This document shows positions 9,336 through 18,029 of a stretch of 64,000 bases of DNA, in pieces. How positions within the stretch are numbered: position 1 is the first letter of the stretch; every line of letters starts with the position of its first letter. This DNA is from an uncultured Alphaproteobacteria bacterium. Its GTDB lineage: Bacteria; Pseudomonadota; Alphaproteobacteria; UBA7985. The stretch covers positions 2,621 to 66,620 of the forward strand of contig CAJQLX010000006.1 in assembly GCA_905479265.1 (NCBI GenBank), in the 5' to 3' direction. The notes under the pieces were generated by a model that made no database searches, was not told the DNA's origin, and worked only from the letters and a program-made list of their open reading frames with translations. Made by a program: the position numbers and the translations under genes.

Positions 9336-10205
9336 TTGATGACCAAAGTCGCCTTTTTGGGAATGGGCGTTATGGGTTACCCCATGGCAGGGCACCTTGC
9401 CGCCGCAGGGCATGACGTAACAGTCTATAACCGCACAGCCGCCAAGTCTGCGCAGTGGACAGATGAGCACAAGGGAACGTCAGAAGCTACGCCGCGCGAT
9501 GCGGCCAAGGGCCAAGCCATCGTGTTTGCCTGTGTCGGTAATGACGACGATTTGCGTTCTGTTTGCCTCGGACCAGACGGCGCTTTTGCGGGCATGGAAC
9601 CCGGCGCTTTGTTCGTCGATCACACGACGGTTTCCCCCTCGGTCACACGCGAACTGGCCGCTGCAGCAGCAGCCCAAGACTTGCGGTACGTCGATGCCCC
9701 TATTTCTGGCGGGCAGGCCGGCGCAGAAAATGGTGTGCTGACGGTGATGTGCGGCGGCGCACAGGGCGATTTTGACGAAGCTGAGCCCGTGATTGATGCT
9801 TATGCGAAGAAATGCATGCTTATCGGTCCCGTCGGCGCCGGGCAGCAAACGAAGATGCTTAACCAAATATGCATTGCGGGGTTGGTGCAAGCGCTGTCCG
9901 AAGCGGTTTCTTTAGGCCAAAAACTTGAATTGGATATGGACGCTGTTCTCGACGTGATTTCGGGCGGTGCCGCGCAGTCTTGGCAGATGGAAAACCGCGG
10001 CAAGACGATGGTGGCTGATGAGTTTGAGTTTGGCTTTGCGGTTGACTGGATGCGCAAAGACCTCGGCATTTGCCTAGCAGAAGCCAAGGAGAACGGTATG
10101 ACTCTGCCGGTTACGGCATTGGTCGATCAGTTCTACGGTGACGTTCAAAAGATGGGCGGGGGCCGATGGGATACCTCCAGCTTGCTGCGGCGGCTGACCA
10201 AATAG
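9336..10205 (+). CDS. NAD(P)-dependent oxidoreductase, 3-hydroxyisobutyrate dehydrogenase / 2-hydroxy-3-oxopropionate reductase family
   Basis: 289 aa; N-terminal Rossmann motif VAFLGMGVMGYPMAGHL and the 6PGDH-like NAD-binding family pattern. Confidence 0.8.
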   Translation: MMTKVAFLGMGVMGYPMAGHLAAAGHDVTVYNRTAAKSAQWTDEHKGTSEATPRDAAKGQAIVFACVGNDDDLRSVCLGPDGAFAGMEPGALFVDHTTVSPSVTRELAAAAAAQDLRYVDAPISGGQAGAENGVLTVMCGGAQGDFDEAEPVIDAYAKKCMLIGPVGAGQQTKMLNQICIAGLVQALSEAVSLGQKLELDMDAVLDVISGGAAQSWQMENRGKTMVADEFEFGFAVDWMRKDLGICLAEAKENGMTLPVTALVDQFYGDVQKMGGGRWDTSSLLRRLTK

Positions 10206-10290
10206 CCGCGAAGGGCCGTATTGGTATTCAAGTTATCCACAGACTATGATAGGCGTTATGCGATTGATGGTACTTTAGGGGATCCGTGCC

Positions 10291-11112
10291 GTGGCGCGTC
10301 TGTCGTTAGGATTTTGCTGGGCGTTTATCGCGATTTATGCCGTGTGTGGGTTGGGCGTCCTGCAGCCCACAGCGGCAAGCGCGCAGCAGCAAGATTTGTT
10401 TCGTTCAAGCATAAACTCGGCCCCCGTAACCAGTCTGCAGATGGCTGAGCTCGAGGCTTACACGGGCCAGTGGCGCGAGGGTGTTCCTGCCTCTCGGGTC
10501 AACGCTAAATCTCTGGAAATATTCCAGAATATTCCCTTCACGGGCTGGCTCAAAGCCAAGAACCATCGTGCTTTTGCCATTGGAACGCCGGCGTCCTGTC
10601 CCTATTCTTGGCGATCAACCGGCTACCCGACCGCAGAAATGGCGGCGGAAGAAGCGCTGCGTTACTGCACGGAAAAAGTTTTGCGGTTTAATCAGCATCA
10701 GACGGACCAGTGTGGCTGCAAACTGGCGATGGTGAACAATCAACTCTACGTCGATCCTCACGAGCTTGCTGTGCCGCGCATCGCGCCAGCGCTTTGGGAT
10801 TTTGGAAACGGTTCAATGGTGGCTGGCTTACTCGTCTACGAGCAAATTTTTGGCCGGAACAAGCCCGTGCAATTTATAGACTCCGGAGGGCAGCTGCGGT
10901 GCCAGGGTACCTATTCTGCCTCGGCCATGCTGATCGATAACTCATTCAAGGTGAATTGCGACTTTGCTGCCGGTGTCCTCAAGGGCAAAGTTGGCGTCAA
11001 GAATTTACAGAGCTTTAACCCCCACGGCGAAGCAGTCGTCAAAGACAATCAGGGTAATCAAATCAGGCTGGTGGTCGCTAAATCCATCCTTGATTACCTT
11101 GAGGGTAAATAG
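10291..11112 (+). CDS. Exported hypothetical protein (Sec signal peptide)
   Basis: 273 aa; N-terminal n/h/c signal region (ARLSLGFCWAFIAIYAVCGLGVLQPTAASAQ) and a Cys-containing mature part; no recognisable domain. Confidence 0.5.
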   Translation: MARLSLGFCWAFIAIYAVCGLGVLQPTAASAQQQDLFRSSINSAPVTSLQMAELEAYTGQWREGVPASRVNAKSLEIFQNIPFTGWLKAKNHRAFAIGTPASCPYSWRSTGYPTAEMAAEEALRYCTEKVLRFNQHQTDQCGCKLAMVNNQLYVDPHELAVPRIAPALWDFGNGSMVAGLLVYEQIFGRNKPVQFIDSGGQLRCQGTYSASAMLIDNSFKVNCDFAAGVLKGKVGVKNLQSFNPHGEAVVKDNQGNQIRLVVAKSILDYLEGK

Positions 11113-11273
11113 CCCTCTCCTGAAGTCCATTAGCAGCCTTGCAATATAGGCAGTGTGGCTTGGGTTGATCTTCTCCTGTTGATCGCTCAAAAGCCCTGCA
11201 ACGCGGGGCTTGATCTTCCACCACTAGGCCTTGTCCTGCATTTGTCCGATTAGTGATCAAGAAGGACCGGACC

Positions 11274-12980
11274 ATGGCTTTTGAACGCGTCCCCGAACTT
11301 TACGCCGCACCAAACGAACGCATTGAGTTGCTTGAGAAGATCAAGGACATGCCGTCCATTGATCTGAACGAGCGCCAACTGTGCGACCTTGAACTGCTGA
11401 TGAACGGGGGCTTTGCGCCGCTGACCGGCTTTTTGGGGCAAGCGGACTATGATGGTGTTGTTGACAACATGCGACTGGCTTCCGGTGCACTGTGGCCCAT
11501 GCCAATTACGCTGGACATCACGGAAAAGGTCTCGGAGACCCTGACGCTCGGCGAGCAGGTGGTTCTGCGTGACCCTGAGGGTGTGCCTTTGGCTGTGATG
11601 GATGTCGAGGAGATGTTCACCCCAGACAAGGACAAGGAAGCGGAAATGGTATACGGCGCGAATGACCTCGCGCACCCTGCTGTCCGTTTCCTGCACAACC
11701 AAACGGGTAACGTGTACCTGGGCGGGGCCGTGACCGGTATTGATGAGCCCGTGCACTATGATTACCGCCAGCACCGTTACACCCCGAACGATTTGCGCCG
11801 CATGTTCCACAAGTGGGGCTGGCGTCGCGTGGTTGCTTTCCAAACCCGCAACCCGCTGCACCGCGCCCACGTTGAGCTGACCGTACGCGCCGCGCAACTG
11901 ACCGAAGCGAACCTGCTGATTCACCCGGTTGTGGGGATGACCAAGCCCGGTGATGTCGATCACTTCACACGCGTTCGGTGTTACGAAGCCGTGATGCGCC
12001 ACTACCCCGATCAAACAACCGCGATGGCGCTGTTGCATCTCGCCATGCGGATGGCGGGCCCACGCGAAGCCCTGTGGCACGCTTTGATCCGCAAGAACCA
12101 CGGCTGCACGCACTTCGTGGTTGGCCGGGATCATGCTGGACCGGGCAAAAACAGCCAGGGCGAAGACTTCTATGGCCCATATGACGCGCAGGAGATGGTG
12201 ACCCAGTATGCTGACGAAATCGGCATTGAGATGGTTCCCTTCCAGGCGATGGTCTACGTGCAGGAACGCGCGCAGTACGTGCCGATCAATGAAGTCAAAG
12301 ACGACGAGACCAAGCTGAACATTTCCGGTACCGAGTTGCGCCGTCGCTTGCGTGAAGGCTTGGATATCGACGAATGGTTCTCCTATCCCGACGTTGTTAA
12401 AGAACTTCGCAAGACACACCCACCGCGGGACAAGCAGGGCTTTACCCTGTTCTTCACCGGCCTTTCGGGCTCCGGTAAATCGACGATTGCCAACGCTGTT
12501 ATGGTGAAGTTGCTGGAGGCTGGTGGCCGCCCGGTAACGCTGCTGGACGGGGACTTGGTGCGGAAAAATCTGTCTAGCGAGCTGACGTTCTCCAAGGAAC
12601 ACCGCGACCTGAACATCCTGCGGATCGGCTACGTTGCCTCTGAGATTACCAAGAACGGCGGGATCGCGATTTGTGCGCCTATCGCGCCTTATGAATCCAC
12701 ACGTTCGCAAGTACGCGATTTGATTGAGCCTTTGGGTGGCTTTCTTGAGATCCACGTGGCCACAAGCATTGAGGTTTGTGAAGGACGGGATCGCAAGGGC
12801 CTCTACGCCAAGGCCCGTGCTGGTTTGATCAAGGAATTCACAGGGATTGATGATCCCTATGAGTCTCCTGAAAATCCAGAACTCAAGCTCGATACCGTTG
12901 ACATGAGCCCGGACGAGGCGGCTCACAAAATCCTTCTCAAATTGGAAAGCATGGGTCTGGTGTCGTCACACACGCGCTAA
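11274..12980 (+). CDS. Bifunctional sulfate adenylyltransferase (ATP sulfurylase) / adenylylsulfate (APS) kinase, PAPS synthase
   Basis: N-terminal PUA-like plus ATP-sulfurylase domains (QTRN.LHRAH, HF.VGRDHAG) fused to a C-terminal APS kinase with P-loop FFTGLSGSGKSTIA. RBS AAGAAGGA 7 nt upstream of ATG 11274 (ORF-track alternative start 11253). Confidence 0.9.
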   Translation: MAFERVPELYAAPNERIELLEKIKDMPSIDLNERQLCDLELLMNGGFAPLTGFLGQADYDGVVDNMRLASGALWPMPITLDITEKVSETLTLGEQVVLRDPEGVPLAVMDVEEMFTPDKDKEAEMVYGANDLAHPAVRFLHNQTGNVYLGGAVTGIDEPVHYDYRQHRYTPNDLRRMFHKWGWRRVVAFQTRNPLHRAHVELTVRAAQLTEANLLIHPVVGMTKPGDVDHFTRVRCYEAVMRHYPDQTTAMALLHLAMRMAGPREALWHALIRKNHGCTHFVVGRDHAGPGKNSQGEDFYGPYDAQEMVTQYADEIGIEMVPFQAMVYVQERAQYVPINEVKDDETKLNISGTELRRRLREGLDIDEWFSYPDVVKELRKTHPPRDKQGFTLFFTGLSGSGKSTIANAVMVKLLEAGGRPVTLLDGDLVRKNLSSELTFSKEHRDLNILRIGYVASEITKNGGIAICAPIAPYESTRSQVRDLIEPLGGFLEIHVATSIEVCEGRDRKGLYAKARAGLIKEFTGIDDPYESPENPELKLDTVDMSPDEAAHKILLKLESMGLVSSHTR

Positions 12981-13011
12981 GACGCCGCTTTTTCCAAGTT
13001 TGGAATTCAGG

Positions 13012-13045
13012 AAACCAGCACCTCAACGGGTGCTGGTTTTTTTGT
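13012..13045 (+). terminator. Rho-independent terminator after sat/cysC
   Basis: CCAGCACC-tcaacg-GGTGCTGG hairpin followed by TTTTTTTG. Confidence 0.6.
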
Positions 13046-13204
13046 TCTGTTTGGCTGGGTTAGGGGAATCTTCTCCCTCGGTCTGAATTTACAAATATTA
13101 CGCGACCAAAATCGGCTTTGGCCCAACTGCTGCTTCCCTCTTAGATCGTAATAAACATCTAACGCTCTCGCTTCCAAAGCGGGGCTCTGTGGAAGTGCTT
13201 AAGC

Positions 13205-13540
13205 ATGGTTCGTTGGTTGTGCATCTTGGTCAGCGCAAATGTGGTGTCAGCCTGCAGCGGCGAAGCGCGTCACTATCTTGTGTCCGCGCCAACCGTCGAG
13301 GTGGCCGTCGCCAACGGGGATGTGCGCCCCTTGGATGTCCGAGACGGCATTTTGTATCTGGAAGCCACGTGCGATGTCGAAGCCGATGCTGCCTGTGGCG
13401 TCACAGTCGCAGACTTGTGCCGTGGCGCGCCAGAGGTTTACGACCAGCAAAGCTTTCAGGACAGTGCGGCCAGTACACCACGAACCGTTTGGCTCGCGCG
13501 GTGCGAGCCTCGGGACGGCTCACAGACAACGGCTGGATAG
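13205..13540 (+). CDS. Putative small lipoprotein (hypothetical)
   Basis: 111 aa; N-terminus MVRWLCILVSANVVSAC resembles a lipoprotein signal with lipobox (VSAC); codon usage genome-like. Other ORFs overlapping here are Arg-rich and look spurious. Confidence 0.35.
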   Translation: MVRWLCILVSANVVSACSGEARHYLVSAPTVEVAVANGDVRPLDVRDGILYLEATCDVEADAACGVTVADLCRGAPEVYDQQSFQDSAASTPRTVWLARCEPRDGSQTTAG

Positions 13541-13738
13541 GCATCAAACGAGCGGTTTGCTGTTCCTATCCAGACGATGCAGCGGTGATCGAGCCCTTGG
13601 GCCGGGCTTGGTCACCGCTTTTTGCGCAATGATAAACATGGTTGCAAAGGGGCTTACCCCCTTTGATTGCGGCAAGGGCTGTATTGGTGTTGGAATGCTT
13701 TTGTCAGGGCCAACGATCATGGTGCACAGCGGGAGAAA

Positions 13739-13815
13739 TGGCCCGCCCTGCAGGAATCGAACCTGCAACCGTCCGCTTAGAAGGCGGGTGCTCTATCCAG
13801 TTGAGCTAAGGGCGG
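13739..13815 (-). tRNA. tRNA-Arg (anticodon TCT)
   Basis: Reverse complement CCGCCCTTAGCTCAACTGGATAGAGCACCCGCCTTCTAAGCGGACGGTTGCAGGTTCGATTCCTGCAGGGCGGGCCA folds as a cloverleaf: 7-bp acceptor, D arm GCTC/GAGC, anticodon loop CTTCTAA, T arm GCAGG-TTCGATT-CCTGC, encoded CCA. Confidence 0.8.
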
Positions 13816-13880
13816 ATAAGCGCGTGAGTAGCATGGCCACCTGAGCCGCTCAATCATTTAACGGGCGAATGTGAGTGCGG

Positions 13881-16463
13881 CTAGCACAGTGCATCCATGA
13901 TGGGTTTCGCGTGGTCCCAATGATGCTTGAGTTGTTCTAAGCACGAAGCCAGCTCATTGGGGTTTTGCTCCAGCCGAGCGGCAACTTGGGACAGGGACAG
14001 TAGACCATAGCTGGCGGCGGATCCCTTAATCGCATGAGCCTCGCGACGGGCGTCTTCACTGCCGGCAATAGCCCGCTCCAGAACTGAAAGGCGATTGTCT
14101 ATTTCTTCGGAGAAAATGGCGACAGAGGCACCAAAAAACTCATCACCGAATGTCACCTTGAGCCGCTGCAGCGTGTCTTGATCGACGGACAAAGCCGGGG
14201 TGGGGGAGGTTGATGGTTCAATCAGAAGGTCTGGACCCTTCTGCTGATACAAGAGCGGCTTATTCTGTGGCTGGTAGGTTTCGATCGCGTAGAGCAAGTC
14301 CGCTTCGGTGAAGGGCTTGGCCAGCACTTGAGTGAAGCCATCGGCAAGATACTTCTCACGATCCCCCTTCATCACGTTCGCAGTGATCGCAATGATCGGG
14401 AGTGGATTAATCTTGGGATTGATTTCCTGTCTGGCGAGACGACCCGCCTGCTGCCGGGCAAGTGTCTCGGCCAGCGCTTCACGCCCATCCATTTCCGGCA
14501 TGGAAATATCGAAAAAGGCCATGTCATAGGGCATGGTTTCGAGCGCTCGCACTGCCTCCAACCCGTTTGAGACGAGATCCAATTGGTGCCCCGTCGGGGT
14601 CAGCATCGCACGGATCAGCAACTGATTAGAAGGGCTGTCGTCGGCAAACAACAGACGCAGCGAGTGCGCCGCGCGCATGGGGCCTCTTGGGCTGGACAAG
14701 CCGATGTTTGGCCGCGCAACGTTTTGGACATGTGCCGTCGCGAACGAGGCTTCAAACCAAAAAGTAGATCCCTTGCCAACGGTAGACTCTGCCCCCGTCT
14801 GCCCATTCATGGCGTTAGCAATCCGGCTGCATATATGCAGACCCAGACCCGTTCCGCCTTGACGCTTCTCCACCGACGCGCCGACCTGCTCAAACGGCTG
14901 AAACAAGCGCGCCTGCGCCTCTGGCGAGATGCCGGCACCCGTGTCCTCAACGGAAAAGCGGAGCGTTGCGCGGTTGCCGTTCGAGGCAGGGACGTGGGCG
15001 TGGGCCAAGCGGATGGTCACGCGTCCGTTTTCGGTGAACTTAATGGCGTTGGAAACAAAGTTGATCAGCACCTGTCGCAAGCGTCCAGCGTCCGCACGGA
15101 TGGCCTTTGGCAAATCAGGATCTAAGACACTTTCCAAAACGATGTTTTTGGCGCCAGCCGCATCATGAAAAAGCCGAACAACGTCGTAAACCATTTGCTG
15201 GAGAATCACGTCCTCTTCTTCCAGCGCTAATTTGCCCGCCTCCATTTTCGAAACATCAAGAATGTCGTTGAGCAGCATCAGCAGGTTACGGGCTGAGGTC
15301 TCGGCAACGGAAACGTATTCATGTTGCGTGTCGGTCAGGACGTCCCGTTGAATAAGGCCCAACATGCCCAGGATGGCGTTAAGCGGCGTGCGAATTTCAT
15401 GACTAACGGTGGCGAGAAATTCGGATTTCACAGCGTTGGCCGCTTCGGCTTCGTTCCGGGCAACGGTCAGGTCGCGTTCCTTTTCTGCCAGCTCCGAAAT
15501 ATCGACACGAACCCCGACCAACCAGCCATTGGGCAGCAAGCGATCGGTTGCTCGAATGGTTTTCCCATCTCGGAGCAAATGCTGGTTCGTGCGCGTTGTG
15601 CCCACCCAACCGTTTGGGGCGCTGATGGAGACCGCTTCGGGGATGTCCATGTTTCTGACAAAACCGGTTTGCCGCTCCAGCATCCAGACTTCTTCGATGT
15701 TCACGCCCGGCACGTACATTTCCGCAAGCTCACCATACAGCTGCCGATACCGTTCGTTGGTCACGATGATCCTATGCTGAGCATCGACAACAAACACGCC
15801 TTCACCCAAGGCGTCGACGGCGGCCAACATGAAATCGGTTTGATCGCGTTCAGCTTGAGAAGACAGGCGGACCAGCGCCGTCTGCAGTTCGTCTTCGCGC
15901 ACGCGGGTCATCCGCAGCGCTTGGGCCACCAGCATGCCGAAACGCTGCGCTGCTTTTAGCGAAACACCGTTGAACCCACCACGCGTCTTGCTGGTGCATA
16001 TGATAATGGTGGCGCCGATTTCCTGAGGAATGGGGATCGATAGGGTGGCGACAATATCTTCGCGAATAGCCTCCGATTGCCCCTTCCACTCGGACATTCC
16101 CGATATATCGAACACAGGGATCACAGCGCCGTGCTTCACCCGCTCGAAGTGGGGCGCCATATCGAAGGTTAACTGCGCGTATCGTTCGTTGGTCGAGGCA
16201 ACGGACCGCAAAGGTTCACCGCTAAAGGCGGCGCGTATGATGAAGGCTTCGTCAAATTCTATGCTCTGACGCAGCATGACCAGCGCGCGCGAGTAGACTT
16301 CCGAGGTTCTCTCTGCAAACCCTAAGTCACGCAAACTTTCGAGCAGAAACTCAGACTCAAGCCGCGTTTGACGCTCTCGCGCGGTTGCTTGTTCTAAAGC
16401 AACTAGAGCTTCGCGCAGTTGTTCTTCTAACCCGGTGTTTGGTGCCTTTAGATCCTGATTCAT
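13881..16463 (-). CDS. Hybrid sensor histidine kinase / response regulator with C-terminal Hpt domain (coiled-coil + PAS region, HisKA, HATPase_c, REC, Hpt)
   Basis: 860 aa; H-box SHEIRTPLNAILGM; G-boxes TGAGISPE / GGTGLGLHI; receiver LLFADDSPSNQ...FDISMPEMDG; C-terminal Hpt His (HAIKGSAASYGL). Confidence 0.9.
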   Translation of the reverse strand: MNQDLKAPNTGLEEQLREALVALEQATARERQTRLESEFLLESLRDLGFAERTSEVYSRALVMLRQSIEFDEAFIIRAAFSGEPLRSVASTNERYAQLTFDMAPHFERVKHGAVIPVFDISGMSEWKGQSEAIREDIVATLSIPIPQEIGATIIICTSKTRGGFNGVSLKAAQRFGMLVAQALRMTRVREDELQTALVRLSSQAERDQTDFMLAAVDALGEGVFVVDAQHRIIVTNERYRQLYGELAEMYVPGVNIEEVWMLERQTGFVRNMDIPEAVSISAPNGWVGTTRTNQHLLRDGKTIRATDRLLPNGWLVGVRVDISELAEKERDLTVARNEAEAANAVKSEFLATVSHEIRTPLNAILGMLGLIQRDVLTDTQHEYVSVAETSARNLLMLLNDILDVSKMEAGKLALEEEDVILQQMVYDVVRLFHDAAGAKNIVLESVLDPDLPKAIRADAGRLRQVLINFVSNAIKFTENGRVTIRLAHAHVPASNGNRATLRFSVEDTGAGISPEAQARLFQPFEQVGASVEKRQGGTGLGLHICSRIANAMNGQTGAESTVGKGSTFWFEASFATAHVQNVARPNIGLSSPRGPMRAAHSLRLLFADDSPSNQLLIRAMLTPTGHQLDLVSNGLEAVRALETMPYDMAFFDISMPEMDGREALAETLARQQAGRLARQEINPKINPLPIIAITANVMKGDREKYLADGFTQVLAKPFTEADLLYAIETYQPQNKPLLYQQKGPDLLIEPSTSPTPALSVDQDTLQRLKVTFGDEFFGASVAIFSEEIDNRLSVLERAIAGSEDARREAHAIKGSAASYGLLSLSQVAARLEQNPNELASCLEQLKHHWDHAKPIMDALC

Positions 16464-16481
16464 CGCACCAGCCTACCAAGT

Positions 16482-17660
16482 CTAGCCTCCAAAGACGACA
16501 ACGGAGATCATGAGGTTTCCATGGTGGTTTGACCCACCGATAAAACACCCTTGCTCACCAAAGGTGAAACTGCCCAGAAACGGCTTGTCGCCCAAGACTG
16601 ATCGCAGACCTTCGGCAACCTCGGGCATACGGTCCTGAACCGTCAGCATGCACCCGGCACAGTAGATCACCAGCGCGCCCGCGATGGACTCTTTTTCCAA
16701 GCGCGCCATCTCAAGCGCATTTTCCGCGACGCGCGCGGCGCGTTGAACAAGATTGTCTTCATCGCCTTCCATCAAAACAATCTCGTCGCCTGTTTCAATG
16801 TTTGAGAATAGGGCGAGTCCGCCGTCTGATGAGACCGCTTCGGGGTGCGAAAGCAGAAAGTAGTCGAACCCTGCGACAGCGTCACGGCGGCGGCCTAGGG
16901 GCGCGAGGGAGGTGCTTGCAATGACACTGCCGCCATCGGCGAGCGCGGATTCAATCCTGCCGCCGGTCCATTGATTGTAGACCTCAGCCCCCGGCTGCCC
17001 ATCGATCGCCAAAATCTGGCGTCCTTCACTGGACGTGACCCGACCTTTGGTCGCCGTCGGTCGGTAGCCCGAGTGGAAGGCATAACCAAGGGGCACAGAG
17101 GGGAACATAACGGTGAGGGCGATTCCTGTGTTCCACGATGTCTCGCGGTCAAACACGCGCCATTGCCCCGACACTGTGTTGTCAGCAGATGATCCGCCAC
17201 AGATCGGAACGCCCACGCCCATGGCGGCGTGAATGCTCGCGATGACCCGTTCTTCGATGCCCGGTGTCGCGGACAGCCAGATCATCTCCGGTGTCTCACC
17301 GGGCCTTTGCGTCTGTCCCAAGGCCTGAAATAGAGCCTGCTCAGCGGCGGCTTCAACGTCATCGCCCTCCACAGGAACGATGGCGGATCCATAAGCACCG
17401 TCTGGATCGGAGATGGCGATAACGCCAGCGCCCTTGGCGTTCCCAATAAACGCCGCTTCTTGTGTCATGACACCCAAGCACGAGGTGGCACCGTGAAATG
17501 GCACTGACCCGTCGAGGCTGCTTTGCAGGGCGCTGACATCGACCGATACCGAGGCTCCACACAGGATGAAAGACGGGGGTCCGTCCAGTTCAGCAAGTGC
17601 TTCTTTCAGTAAGCGATCAATGGTATCATCAGAGGATCCTCGACTTGCCACAGAAAACAT
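16482..17660 (-). CDS. FIST (N and C) domain sensory protein, co-operonic with the hybrid kinase
   Basis: 392 aa; FIST_N / FIST_C architecture, with a C-terminal G.FTFGEQG motif typical of FIST_C. The stop lies 19 bp upstream of the kinase start. Confidence 0.75.
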   Translation of the reverse strand: MFSVASRGSSDDTIDRLLKEALAELDGPPSFILCGASVSVDVSALQSSLDGSVPFHGATSCLGVMTQEAAFIGNAKGAGVIAISDPDGAYGSAIVPVEGDDVEAAAEQALFQALGQTQRPGETPEMIWLSATPGIEERVIASIHAAMGVGVPICGGSSADNTVSGQWRVFDRETSWNTGIALTVMFPSVPLGYAFHSGYRPTATKGRVTSSEGRQILAIDGQPGAEVYNQWTGGRIESALADGGSVIASTSLAPLGRRRDAVAGFDYFLLSHPEAVSSDGGLALFSNIETGDEIVLMEGDEDNLVQRAARVAENALEMARLEKESIAGALVIYCAGCMLTVQDRMPEVAEGLRSVLGDKPFLGSFTFGEQGCFIGGSNHHGNLMISVVVFGG

Positions 17661-17743
17661 GAACGTTTCATCCCTTACAAGGTCGTGTGAGGCATTTGTG
17701 GCACCGTGGAAACCACGTGAACACCGTTGCAGAATTGTAGTTT

Positions 17744-17761
17744 ATGCACCTTTGTTGCCAA
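17744..17761 (-). promoter_or_regulatory. Candidate sigma-54 (-24/-12) promoter directed toward the FIST / hybrid-kinase operon
   Basis: Minus-strand reading TTGGCAAcaaagGTGCAT: GG and GC elements separated by exactly 10 nt, matching the TGGCAC-N5-TTGCA spacing; about 85 nt upstream of the FIST start. A dyad TTGC-N7-GCAA (17953-17967) lies about 200 bp further upstream as a possible enhancer-binding site. Confidence 0.4.
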
Positions 17762-18029
17762 TACTCAAGATGGATTGTCCGGATTTAATGACGCGCTTTA
17801 GGTAAATCGCCATTCAATCGCGGATCGAGCATTTCGCCCTTTTCGCGCTAACTTAACAACGCCTCTCGACCTTTTTTTAAATGAATCATAAAATCAGGTG
17901 GGAAAGTTGATCGTTGGCGACCATATTACTGTGATGCGGTGAGTGGAGGCTTTTGCTGCCAACGCAATATTTTGAGTGGCGTTGTGGAATTTCGTTCGTA
18001 AGTCCTGAGTTGGAGCCAAGAATACAATC

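Noticed and set aside
11250-12926. 558-aa stop-free ORF on the minus strand, exactly antisense to the sat/cysC gene
   Set aside because: The sense strand has unambiguous ATP-sulfurylase and APS-kinase motifs with a good RBS. The antisense product is Arg/His/Val-rich with no motifs. Long antisense ORFs are a common artefact of high-GC codon bias.
13189-13844. Overlapping 147-aa and 201-aa plus-strand ORFs next to the tRNA
   Set aside because: Extremely Arg/Cys/Pro-rich, they overlap one another in different frames and run into the tRNA gene. Only the 111-aa lipoprotein-like frame looks protein-like, and even that is kept at low confidence.
17661-18029. Looked for a Vibrio-style Qrr sRNA with LuxO boxes (TTGCA-N3-TGCAA) next to the luxO-like gene
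   Set aside because: I found no exact LuxO box and no sRNA-like terminator. What is present is a sigma-54-like promoter facing the FIST operon and a looser TTGC-N7-GCAA dyad, both reported separately as a hypothesis.
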